Below, piece after piece: positions 38,845 to 51,160 of a stretch of DNA of 64,000 nucleotides. Positions within the stretch are counted from its first letter, which is position 1. Each line of letters starts with the position of its first letter. The notes under the pieces are model-generated. The model saw only the letters and a program-made list of their open reading frames with translations, was not told the DNA's origin and made no database searches. This DNA comes from Diadema antillarum (taxonomy: Eukaryota): contig NW_027272512.1 of assembly GCF_040938485.1 (NCBI RefSeq), forward strand, positions 1 through 64,000. The letters are read 5' to 3'. Made by a program: the position numbers and the translations under genes.

Positions 38845-38966
38845 GTTAGTAAGGTAGTTAGTTAGTTAGTTAGTTAGTTGATACGTTAATTAGTTAGTTG
38901 GTTAGTTATTTTGTTATTTAGTTAGTTAGTAAATTAGTTTGTTTGTTTGTTTGTTTGTTTGTTTGT
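38845..38966. repeat. (GTTA)n/(GTTT)n tetranucleotide tract
   Basis: Direct reading. Confidence 0.9.
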
Positions 38967-39229
38967 AATTAAGATCCCCGATAGAGGTACGCTGTCCTCG
39001 GAGACAAAACCGAACAGGATATGAATGTGCGCTTGAGGTCAAGGGGAAGTGTGCACAAGCGTGTGAATGCGTGCGTACGTGAGACACGTCTATCCGAATG
39101 AATGTGGGTTTCCCGGTGACCTACTATCAGTATATTACTTTGGCAAAGAGAAGGATCTGAAACCAATCAGAGGCCGCCTCGAGCGCTTGCGCACTGGCGA
39201 TCTTTTCCACTGGTAAATGATGACCAGTA

Positions 39230-40227
39230 TCATGTAACGTGTTGAAATCATATCTGAGATGGAAGAAGCTTGGTTATTGTGTGCATGGTTCGCTAACTTT
39301 TGCCTGATTTTTGGTAGTCCTCCACTGCCAACGATTTCATGTCGACGAGCAAGCTCTCTTGTCTTGTCTGCCGCTATAGAGGAAGGACACAGTTCATTAG
39401 CTAGCACATCAGTTCTAGAAGTGATTATGAAGTGCATACTTTTCATTTCCTCGCTCTCATCTGCCGCGCCAAGTTGTCATTTTTTCGAAGTGGATGGGGG
39501 CGCTTGAAGTCAGATTCATTATAACGACTTGCATTCTCATGGTCAGAACGCAGCTGGACACGGCTTTGACAGTTTACCGCCAGACATTGTTGACGTCACG
39601 GCGAAGGTGTGAGTGGTGCCGACTGTCGTCTGCCACACTCCGATTACATTCGATCGGCGATAATAACGATTCTCCTTTTGGTCAGCACCTGATGGGCGGG
39701 ACACGGGGTCCCTGCCTGGAGAGACCCGTTCAGGAGTCAGCATTATCATATTTCCAAATGAAAATGCGGATTTCATTCATAATCTTACAGCAGACAGTGG
39801 GAATCAAACAATATTAGTCCATCATCACATGACTGTATAGCCTATACTGTCGTCGAGGGAGTGTCGAGTGCTCGAAGTATCGGGAGCTGGCACCAAAGTC
39901 TTCGAATAGATTGGGATGCCTTGCAAATCGAGCTAGAATCCATATTCGGCTCCTAATTGACAGAGGAAGACTCGCTGCCTCACCACAGTTGATTTGTTGG
40001 CGCGAAAACCCTCGTTCTTTGTTTACACCATTTGGTTTCCTGGTCTTCTGCAGGCGTGGAAGGGAGATAAATTTTGATCATCGCAGAAATAGCTCGGCCA
40101 CAATTTATTGACCGCGGTTCTTTCATAAGAATTTTCGCGGCAGGGAATAAAAACAAGAAAATATAGCAGGATGTCTGGATAATAACTGCCCCGTCGCCAT
40201 GCACCGTTGACCATTCACCGTTGACAG
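39230..40227 (+). other. Probable upstream non-coding (5'UTR) exon of the dopamine receptor; start approximate
   Basis: CpG-rich block preceded by a CCAAT box (39163-39167) and ending in a consensus donor cag|gtgagt (40228). A strong acceptor, ttttttttctcaacag (AG 46170-46171), lies 104 nt before the receptor ATG. The linkage is inferred, not shown. Confidence 0.45.
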
Positions 40228-41831
40228 GTGAGTTCCTTCCATTGTTTGCCCTTTCCAAGTTAAGTGATGCAGTAAAAATAAATCTCCAAAGTAATGATTA
40301 ACCTGCAATGACAAAAAAAAAAAAAGTTTGCCTCAACCCTCTGTGTGCCAGCTTAACTTCTGACCATAGAAATGTGTGGGTGAAATCAAATGCACATTTG
40401 AATCATTGGCAATGAAGGGGTTAAGAAATCCGTCTGAATCAAAATAAATATTGAAAAATGAACCTGCTCTGAACAAGGCAAAATCACATATTATCCCCTC
40501 TCCGTTATGCATAAGTAAGATATGTGATATTCATTGTACAAATCGATGTGAAATGTATAGATGCATCACGAGCTTCTTTTCCTAGACGACCCCCCCCAAA
40601 AAAAAAAAATGATACGGAGAAAATATTTACATATTTAAGGTTCATCTTCTATTCCCCCACTGTTATTATATCTATAAAAGCCAAATCAAAATCAAATCTC
40701 TCTTTCAGACTTTCTTTTCATTTGTGAAAAAATTGTCATATTAGCATTCGCTCATAATGTTATTACAAACAGCGTCAATATTGGCTGTATATCGCCATTA
40801 CTTCCCTCCCACCCCCAATATGGTTCTTTGCGTGTGTTTGGTTAGTAAAAGCAGTCAACCATGCAATTACGATATCGGGGCCTTGGAGCAAACAAGAAAG
40901 CAAAAAACAAACAAACAAAACTATATAGTAAAAAAAAACTTTGTCAACATTCTCATTTTTTCGTAGTGGTGAATGGTTCACGGAGAGGATTTGAAGAATT
41001 GTTTTTATACGATGCAATGACATCAGATAAAAAGAAGAAGTGAAATATAAAAGTAATTCTTTCGGAAAAATACAACCCACAAAAACAGACATTTTCTAGG
41101 ATGCTGAATTTTAATATTTGCATGAAAATGATCAAGGAGTGTTTACATTTCATGAAAAAGAAAAGTGAAGGTTTGTGAAATACCTTGCAATACCTTCTTT
41201 ATGTCGATCTATACTGTGACATCACGAATCGTTGCAAAGTTTTCTTGAGAGGGCGACATGCCACTTGGAATTGACCCAGAATCCATAATCATATTCAAAA
41301 CTTTTTAAACTGATCGAGTGATTCTTTTTTCAAACTTTCATTGAGGGCTTTCACGGACATTTCTGCATCTCTGAATCCTCTGACGGGAACCCCCACCCCC
41401 TTTAAGTGGAGAATGAAGAAAAGCCTGCCACATGCAGACCCGATGATCCCTGATTGTGTCCCATGTCCACGGTTTCCGGGTCATGTTCAAGCACAGAAAT
41501 AAAACAACTATACCAAACACACCCCAAATCCCAGAAACATGGCATGATATAAATACTTTTAAAGATGGTGAAAAAAAGAATCTATCATGGGCATGAAGGA
41601 GTTGATGCTTGATAGGGTACACATGGCATTTACTGGGATGCTTTTGCTTCACTTTCTTGTAATATCTACTCGAATATTATGTAATTCCAATCCTTCCTAA
41701 AAGGAAAAAGATAATCCCCGAATTCAAATAAACAAATAGATAAACAAATAGAAAGCTGGTGGTTGCATCCCATTAAGTGGCTCTTGCCACTTAATGTGTG
41801 TTTTTTAATGATTATCATTGTGTTACTAGTA

Positions 41832-42347
41832 TAGTCAGGTATCCTATTACCGAACGGTATCCTATTACCGAACGCGTGCTTTGTCAATGGAGCGCGTACA
41901 ACAACTCGAATACGCATTCATTGCACTACGCGCTGTTATCTCACAGGGGAAGCTAGTGCCGAAAATTGCTAAACTGCAGCAGAAAACAAAACAAAACGTA
42001 ATTTACCTCAAATTTACGTAATAATTGCTAAAATTTCGATGTTCGTTGTCCTGCGTTAATAAACATTGACCGAAAATACAATGTACAATTTTCTCCATAC
42101 AGAGGGCGCACGTTCGGTAATACAATACGATTTGCGTCGGTAAAAAGAGACAACTTTTGTGGAAGGGTTATTTGAAATACGGATTTTTTCTAGAAGTTGG
42201 CTTATTTTTCAAGTATTTTCGTTACAGCTAAAGTCATCAGCATTTCAATTATCTATAAGGATATTTCTGGCTGAATTATTGCATAATGTTGCCCGTTTGG
42301 AGCAATAAAACAAAAATCGTTCGGTAATAGGATACACCTAGATACTG
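41832..42347. mobile_element. Tc1/mariner-like MITE
   Basis: Subterminal TATCCTATTACCGAACG (twice at the left) and its reverse complement CGTTCGGTAATAGGATA at the right; TA flanks. Confidence 0.7.
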
Positions 42348-44452
42348 TATACTATTGGGCCCTACTGCTGTATAATGATAATATAAATAGAGTTATACTG
42401 TAGAAGTACATGGTATAAATACCATACTGCATGCAAGTACACATTTTACATAGTCTAAGAAAAAGACTTTAAAGTCAAAATAAAGGCAGTGTTCGATGTC
42501 TTAATAATGGTTTATTTTCTTTCTCCTTGAAGTCAGATCAAGGAGGCTCAAACAAGAAAGTGAAAGTCAGCGGCAAATCAATCTTTTTCTTCTAGGGGGT
42601 GTTTTCGCCCTTTTTCTCATCTAAGAAATTCTCTCATTAGCCTCTGCAGTGATGACTGTTCACCCCGTCAATTTATTAAGCTTGCGAAAGTACCCAACGG
42701 CGAACTCATGAAAACTAAAGTATGTGGTCGGGTTACTCCCGTCGTTTAACCGAACGACGTTTTGACAACCACATTCAATTTGTGCTCAATCAAACTCAAC
42801 CAACATTCCGCGTTAATGAGTTCGCGCCCGCCTCTGTGCGTATTACTGTAATGGGATGCCAAACTCACAAGTGCCTGTTGGGGGTCAATGTGTCCGCGCG
42901 TGCAATGGTCGTCATTACATCGAACGTGGGTAGGTTCCTATGGGTCCCTATGGAACGTCAAAAATGTTCATTACTTTAATACTGCCAAAACTGTGAGGAG
43001 TACTGCGAATGCAATAAAAGATCGGGTAACAATATGCAGTCGTTCAGCCCTCTTCTTTCTTTGTATACTACAGTAATAATACTCTCCTTCTCTCTTTGAT
43101 TTGCGTTCGAATTCATGAATTCGATCAATCCATCATTATATTAATGTAACACTGTCTTTAGTTTTGAGATATACGTGAAAGAAGATTTTCAAGAATCATT
43201 AAAAGTGTAAATCATGCGCGTTAATTGCTGGTATCGAATGAATAACGGCAGTTTCCTTTTTCTGCCCACAGCATCACTATATCTCTCATCGTGGTTTGAC
43301 TTTGAAACAGCTTCGGAGAATCTTTTTTTCCCCCAGTGGGAAATCGCTTAAGATGACGCAAGCCTTAAGGGGAAAGCTGCCGAAACGGTAATTTTTCAGG
43401 CTGTGACAAACTATCAATGACAGTGAGCTACTTTGGGAACACATTAGTCAAAAGGAATCTGGTTTCTCTCTGCTAGTCACAGATATTGTCTGTTATATAG
43501 GCGTCCTGACACAACCTTCTCTCGTAGACAAGTTCGGAGATAAAATGTCCCGTGGCCGCTCTAAAAGGCAAATAAATATGAAATAATTTCAAATGCACTC
43601 CCATCAGGACTGATGCATTTCAGAAAGAATGAATTCGGAAGCTCAATATAATGACAAATGCATCTTCCTTTTAAATCAGTTTCAGTCAGGGGCATCCATT
43701 CTTTGCAAGAAAGGAAAGCGGAACCTAGTCAGCTTGAAATTGCTTTCTTTTTCAATAATATCAGATAATGATTCGTTTTCGAAAGAAAAATGTCTGAATG
43801 TTGGCGTCTGTAGGTAGATACGGAACTAGCTCTTGACAATGTCGGTAGCCCAATGGTCAGTCAAAATATGCAGACATAGCTGTCGGAAAGAGATCATGAA
43901 ATAAGAATGTTTGTATATTGTCTGAAACTGGACGTTTGTGTGATTCAAATCATTATTCGTCAAATGAAAGTGTTGAATACTTCACATTGAAAATTATTTC
44001 ATAGTAACAACAACAACAAAGCAAACAGGTGATTTATCATTGTCAGGTGAGCTAACGCGTATTGGATTTCAGTGTGTGAAATGTGAACCTGAGTGTTAAC
44101 AACCACTGATGAGCAATCCACACCCCTCCCCCCCCCCCCCCCCATCAGCAAAAAAAGAAAACAAATGAATACGAAGCAAAGACAGAGACAAAGATATGTG
44201 ACACAAAAGATAAGTTATAGCAAAGAGATGCAAATAGGAAGGTATAATTTACAATCTCTTTCGGTGTATATACGATGACATATCCTGCAGTCCAATATCA
44301 ATTGAGGCACATTGCCATCTGGAACTTTTGATTCCATCCACGCCTATATGCGTAAGTAGGCCCTACACTTTAAAGTCACTATCCCCTTTGCCCACTCCAT
44401 TTAATTCTTGAAATTCATGTAATGCATCCATACCATCAAAAATCTTCCCCTC

Positions 44453-44487
<35 letters not shown>

Positions 44488-46275
44488 TGTGTTAACGCTG
44501 AAATTGTCCGAAATCTTTACACTCGTTATTGAGTATTTTTTTTCTTATACTGTCTTAAAGAAAACGTCATAAGTTATTCTCGACAAACTTGTTGTCGATT
44601 ATTTGACCCAAATGTTCCCATCCTTAAACCGCCATACTTTCTGCAAAGACTGTGTGATCTATTGATTCATCTGCCTAGGAAAAAAAAAGTTTCACCCTTG
44701 AAAATAATTAAAACGAGTATCGAAGCTGTTTCCAATGATTAATTACATTCGCAATCATATACATATATTCATATGCGTATGAAATAATCATGTGTACGTA
44801 TACGTATGCATTTATGTATTATGTACACATCGTCTTGTACATAAGTTATGACGCGTGTCATCAATATATGTGCGTTTATACAAATACATATTCCAACACA
44901 TTTCTCTCAAACTTGCAGATAATAATGATTTAACTGTAATGGTATTCTAGTATGGTCTTATGGTTATCCAGGACGGCTTTAAAAAGAAAAAGAAGGCACA
45001 ACTCCTAGAAAACATAACCTGGAGCTGAAAAAGACCATGAAAAAGAAAACTGTTATCGAGCCAGTGAGGGACGGGATAACCTTACCAATTGTTGTAGTCA
45101 AGTGGTTTAGGGCACCTGCGTTGTGCTAATCTATATCCACCCATTGTTACCTGCGACAACTGTTCTATTTTGTTTGGCAGGATAATCATTGTCAAAATAA
45201 AGGAATCGCTCTCAAAACCTTCAAGACCTCAATTCTTTTTTTTTACATCTTTTCCCGAATTTTAGTAGGGATATCACAGACTGTACCCAGGGTCAAGCAT
45301 TCATTCGTGTGAAATTCCACCTAGTTTGCTCAATATTCCACCCGAGTTGTTTATTCATTTCTTTTCGTCATCTCAATCACTGTTATCAGACGACTCCACA
45401 CAGTTTTTCTTCTTAGATAAATGGCGGCATCGCTTCTCCCACTTTGAGAATCACACTTTTAGAATATCCACACGGTCTTGTTAAAATCGCAATAACAATT
45501 ATCACGCAATAACTGATTCGTTCAGCAGGCAGGAGCCGTTCAGGGTGAAATGTACAAAAACGTACAGAAGTGCTAAAAAGTGTAAAGACGGTAACAATCG
45601 AAGCCAGTGAGAAATCGATTGATTGTTGGCTTATTTTTATTTTCGCACCAAATTCATCAAGCACACATGCAGTTCCCTTGCAAGACTGGGGATTGAATAT
45701 TCTAGAATATAAACACGCCGGCTAGTCTTATCACCGGGCTTGACAACAAATTGTTACTCGCTTTTTGACTTCCGAGGGACCCAGAATCCATATCATGACT
45801 GCGTATTGACGGCTGAACGCAAGGCTCGTGACATCGAACCCGCGGCAGCCGCATAAGTGCTCCGTCCTCAAGTTGGCGATGCACTGGTGTTTTGCCATTG
45901 ATGCTCCTTGGAATGAAACCCCTTTGAGTATCCGCGCTGATCCTTACAGAGCTGATAAGGACCATTGTACCATGACGCCGCAATGCAATTGTCACCCCAT
46001 TCCTAGATCAATCTTCTGTATCGATAGCGAAAGTTGTCAGAACGTATTGCGAGGTGAGGTAACTTCGCAAGTAGCTAACTCTGTAGGACGATGCTTCACT
46101 ATATACGGCGAAATAAAACGTATTCCACGTCAGATAATTACGTCACGTCTGTGTCATTTTTTTCTCAACAGATTAGGCGAGGATCTTCGTTTGGTTCTGA
46201 CCACATTTACTCTGGGGTAGCGATGCTGCCCTAATTGACTACGCGGACACTAACGCTAGACTGAAATTCTCAAGT

Positions 46276-47829
46276 ATGGCAACCTTCATTGGTACTGATA
46301 TTTTGACTGAGGTATCAGTGTCCCTGAGTCCACGGAGCCCGACCGAGTCGGGTATGGAGTCGGAGACCACCACGCTGGGACAATCCTACGAGTCAGTGAC
46401 AGTCGAGGAGGTCGAGTCTTCATCTTCACAACAGTACCTTACGATGACGGTTGATATCGGGACAGACGTTATTGTGGACTCGAGTACGACATATTTGCCC
46501 CTGTCGAGCCTGTCGTCATCCACGTACGACGTCGCAGAAATGTCACCTGCAAATATATCCGACCACACCACATTTCCCGAGGAAGAATCGTTCGATGACG
46601 AGTTGTTGCGCAGTATCTTAGTCGGATTGCTCGCCAGTTTCCTCGCTGTGATGATCATATTCGGAAATACCCTCGTCGTTCTGGTTGTCTATCGAGAACG
46701 TCACTTGCGAACCGTCACGAATCTCTTCATCGTCTCTCTCGCCTGCGCCGATTTCCTGATCGGAGCCGTGGTGCTGCCGTTCTCGATTCACGCGGAAATC
46801 ACGAGAGGCTACTGGCCGTTTGGGTCGGTCTGGTGCGACCTGTGGCACGCGTTCGACATCCTCGGCTGTACCGCCTCCATTTTGAATCTGTGCATGATAG
46901 CGTGCGATCGCTACTGGGCCATCACGCATCCAATGAGTTACCCTACGCGCATGACGAAGCGCACGGCTGTATTTCTGATAGGCGTCGCCTGGATATGCTC
47001 GGCAGCAATCTCCTTTCCCTGTATTCTGTGGTGGCGAGCCATCGAACCCCCTCACCCTCCAATGGAATGCATCTTTCCCTCAAATACAGTATACCTAATC
47101 ACTTCATCATGCGTTTCTTTCTACATACCATCCGTTATCATGGTATTCATGTACCTAAAAATTTATCGAACAGCGGTGGGCCAGGTGCGCGCATTGCGTA
47201 CGGGAACAAAGCTCATGAAGTGTTCTAATGGCCACGGGAACGGAATGGCCATGCGCGTTCATCAGGGGGGCACCATCCGTAGCGTCGATGGAACTTTGCA
47301 AAAGCGAACAGGAACAAATTCTAACTCATTTTCTCAACAAGGAGTAAAAGGCGCTGTCCATCGCAAGAACGGTGCTCCGGGAAAGAAATTCATGTCGCGC
47401 CTTTCTCGAGAACACAAAGCAGCGCGCACGCTGGGAATTGTCATGGGCGTCTTTATCATCTGTTGGCTGCCATTTTTTATCGTCAATGTCACGGCGCCCG
47501 TCTGTACGTCATGCTATTTTCATCCCATTCTCATTGCCTTTGTCACGTGGTTGGGTTACGTCAACAGCGCACTGAACCCGCTGATCTACGCATTCGCGAG
47601 TCGTCGATTCAAACGCGCATTTATGCGCGTCCTCTGCGCGTGGAAACGCACAAAAATGAGCACAACCACGTCAGAAATAGGACGAGCGGGATCGCTGCCC
47701 TGTAATTACCCCGGAGGAATGGTGGCAGACACATCAATTACGCAGTACAGTGACGAAAGAAATTCGATGGATACTAGTAGCAGTGCACAATCGAATATGA
47801 AATACTCATTGCCTTTTATCTATTTTTAG
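46276..47829 (+). CDS. Dop1R2: Class A biogenic-amine GPCR, invertebrate-type D1-like dopamine receptor (Dop1R2/DAMB/INDR-like), 517 aa, single coding exon
   Basis: Seven hydrophobic segments; TM2 SLACADFL, TM3 amine-binding Asp (WHAFDILGCTASILNLC) followed by DRY, TM5 serines (SSCVSFYIP), TM6 CWLPFF, TM7 NSALNPLIY. The DRYWAITHPMSYPTRMT, ISFPCILWWR and IYRTAVGQVRALRTGTK...MRVHQGG stretches closely follow the Dop1R2/INDR pattern as I recall it. In-frame TGA at 46198-46200 lies upstream of the ATG. Confidence 0.93.
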   Translation: MATFIGTDILTEVSVSLSPRSPTESGMESETTTLGQSYESVTVEEVESSSSQQYLTMTVDIGTDVIVDSSTTYLPLSSLSSSTYDVAEMSPANISDHTTFPEEESFDDELLRSILVGLLASFLAVMIIFGNTLVVLVVYRERHLRTVTNLFIVSLACADFLIGAVVLPFSIHAEITRGYWPFGSVWCDLWHAFDILGCTASILNLCMIACDRYWAITHPMSYPTRMTKRTAVFLIGVAWICSAAISFPCILWWRAIEPPHPPMECIFPSNTVYLITSSCVSFYIPSVIMVFMYLKIYRTAVGQVRALRTGTKLMKCSNGHGNGMAMRVHQGGTIRSVDGTLQKRTGTNSNSFSQQGVKGAVHRKNGAPGKKFMSRLSREHKAARTLGIVMGVFIICWLPFFIVNVTAPVCTSCYFHPILIAFVTWLGYVNSALNPLIYAFASRRFKRAFMRVLCAWKRTKMSTTTSEIGRAGSLPCNYPGGMVADTSITQYSDERNSMDTSSSAQSNMKYSLPFIYF

Positions 47830-48507
47830 ACACTCATAAGTAAAGCACATTGTATTCAGAAAAAACCGGGAGGTTTACATTTGATAAACCGCCACGTCCA
47901 TATCTTGCTTTGTACTCTGTGATGTAATCTCACATTCAAACTGCATCTTTGCAATGAAGTTTTGTTCTAATTCAATAAGCAGTGACCATTTTCTTTGACA
48001 GATAAACATCATTAAGCTATCAAACCTGGTTGCCATTTTGGTGTATATGAAGTTTGACCATTCATAATGCACGTGTGTCTATCTTTTTTTATCTGATATT
48101 AGGAATGACAATGTGGAAATAGATTGGCCGTTTCAAAGAATCGGCTGTGTAGTCTCAAGCCACCAAAATTATCTCAATAGGAGTTACATGGAGAACGGAC
48201 ATGTGCACGTACACAGCAGAACTGTGCTCACTTTCTTAAAATAATTTACAGTGTATCGAATTGAATGAAATGAAATGTTTATTGGAAGATGACGTAATGC
48301 TCTTTGTTGAACATTGTTGATTCAAAGCCTCATGTTTGGTAGTGGTACCCGATTTGACTACAGCAGTCAAACATCTTAAGATTCATGTTGACCTATCAAC
48401 TACTGCAGGTTTGGCATTCTACCCAACAAAATAGAGCTCACTTTCTTATAGTCTTTTACGGCTTATCGAATTGAATCGATTATAACATGTTTATTGGAGT
48501 GCACGTC

Positions 48508-48829
48508 ACGAGACCGACACCCACGAGTCATACAGCTCACGAGTCATAGAGCTCACGAGTCATACAGCCCATGAGTTATACAGCTCACGAGTCATGCAGC
48601 CCATGAGTTCGACACTAAGCTAACAAGGCCCACGAGACCGACTCATTAAGCCCCGTGTTATAGGCTAACCTGTCGAACTCGTGGTCTGTTTTTACCTAGT
48701 GTCGAACTCATAGGCTGTATTTGCCTAGTGTCGAACTCATGGGCTGTATGACTCGTGAGCAGTATGACTCAAGGACCTCTTTTCAATGTCGAACTCGTGG
48801 GTTGTATGACTCGTGGGTGTCGGTCTTGT
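48508..48829. mobile_element. MITE with 16-bp subterminal repeats (copy 2 of the 11.3-kb family)
   Basis: ACGAGACCGACACCCACGAGTCATACAG ... GTATGACTCGTGGGTGTCGGTCTTGT; repeated CACGAGTCATACAGCT units. Confidence 0.8.
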
Positions 48830-50819
48830 AAGATGACCCCGTTTACTGGAGGATGGTATAATAGTATACCCTACTGTTTCTGGTGTAAGTGCTGCACCGA
48901 TGCCTCCGCCAACGAGACGGACGAGCTTGATTTTAATTAAGCTATATGCATAATCCCTTTTCGTAGTCATTAAAATTCCATCGCCCAATCTATCTTGCAT
49001 TGAAAGATCGGGCGAGACGTGAAGAATCTCTCCTAGCCAGTAACCTTTTTGACCCGCGAATTGTATGACAAAGCCCCACAAATGGATCGGTGAAGGAGAA
49101 GAAATAAACCGTCACTGTAAATGTCATTCAAATTCACACACAGTAGATAATTGGGGCATCTTTGCCCAATATGGGCCGGTCGAAAGATGTCCTTGTTAGC
49201 TCTGCGTCCCAGAGGCAATATATATGGTAATCACAGTCTAGCTTTAAATAAAAAAAAAAATCTGAACAGGAGAACTTCATCATGCCAAAAACTATTTGGG
49301 TTTTGTTTCACCATCTACAGATATCAGAAACTCATATTGTCTAAAGAGATTGTTCATTGCACGAGGGGCTCTGTTTATGGGATATCTGTGGGGATTCCTT
49401 GATGTTGCGTATCAATCTGTGTATTCCTTTTCACCATATGTTTGCACGTTATTGAAAGACGACTTTCAGAGATTCGAGGCAATGTCGGTCGTTGTCGATG
49501 ACTAAACATGTACAAACAGTGAAAGTAATATTTTGTTTGTTTGTTTTTTCGGGCTTAAGTTTATCATTTTTATTTTAAAGATCACATCATTTTGTATTTC
49601 TTTTAAATTGCAGGATATTTTTTCGTCCATAAAACTTAATTTTCTATAATATTCCAATATTCCACATCAGTATTCCCTTAAAATGTAAAGCAAAACTAAA
49701 AATCTTATGTCCATTCTTGTTTTTGTTTTTTGTTTTTTAATATAGTATTCATTGTCATAGAATGCGTGACAGGTCAGACATTATGAGTGTGCTTTATCTG
49801 CACTTCGGAGCTCAGTGAGTTGTCATAATCTTTATATCGCACTATCTTATGCGCGGTGGCAGTGTAGCCATGTTGTGTGTTCACGCAGATGAGAATGAAA
49901 TTGGAAATACCAGTTCACTCCTTATCACTGAAGTTTGTATGGGAGTCTTAGCTCCATTTGAAGTACGCTGTCCTTCTTGCAGAAAGGGGTAGTGAGTAGG
50001 CTACAATGTATTTGGGTTGGGGGGGGGGGGGGAGGTCGTCACACCACCCTTCGTCTTTTGGTTCTTCTTCGTCTTCATCTTCTAATTAGGTGATTAATAT
50101 TGTTATTATTATCATAATCATTATCAATATTGTCACGGCATTGCAATCATTTTTTCATCGTTATGAAGATAATCAGATATTGTGAAGCCTATGTCGCCTT
50201 AACTGTGTGATACACACGATTTAAAGGCATACATTTTTTTTTCTCTCTCTCTGAGCTCTCCTGTTCAGATTAGTTCTTACAATGTTCAAACTACAGCAAA
50301 CAAAGTCAGCAGTTAGACGTCGATGTGCAAAGTGAAGATATAGACTCGCTACGGCTTATGAGGAAGTTTCATGGAATGTTGTAAATCGTCACTAAGTGAC
50401 TTGGTTCAGAATCGACGTCAATAAGATTGACGGCAAAGAGGCAAAGTCTAAACAGTAATTACTTCGTGCAAGCGTCAACGATCGGGAATACTTTTTTTAA
50501 GGATGTTGTTGTGGTTTGAAGTATTAATTGTCGCATACTTGTAATTTCACTCTATCACAATTGCCTTTGAGTCCCCGATCATTAAATAATGTTCATGCAC
50601 CAATTTATTTGTTGTCGTCAATGACGTGTCTTGATTATGTAATGTAAGAAGTGGTTGTGTATATGTGTGGGTGTTTGTATGTGTGCTTGATTTTTTTCCA
50701 GGTTTGAACTGACATTACACTGAAATCCGCCAAATCTAAACTGGCAATTCATAATTGCTGGTAGATTTAAATTTGTTTTGTTTTTGTTTGTGCGTGTGTA
50801 TGTGTGTTTTGAATGCTTA

Positions 50820-50876
<57 letters not shown>

Positions 50877-51054
50877 GTGTGTGTGTGTGTGCAGTTTAAG
50901 TAATTTGTAGTCCACATGTTGGTCAAATAATATCAGCAATAATTGAACAGAACTCCAGAAATGCGCATGAAACATGCTGTCAGTACCAAGAGTATATTTG
51001 AAGAACACACATATTATTGTCTTATATATACGGATATATTATAAGATATATAAA

Positions 51055-51133
<79 letters not shown>

Positions 51134-51160
51134 ATGATGATTGCAGAGAGAGAGAGAGAG
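50820..51160. repeat. Two compound (TA)n(TG)n microsatellites, the second followed by (AG)n
   Basis: Direct reading at about 50820-50892 and 51059-51160. Confidence 0.9.

Noticed and set aside
46386-47705. Overlapping or antisense ORFs within the GPCR (145, 131, 90, 80 and 67 aa)
   Set aside because: Shadow frames of the GC-richer coding exon; no recognisable motifs.
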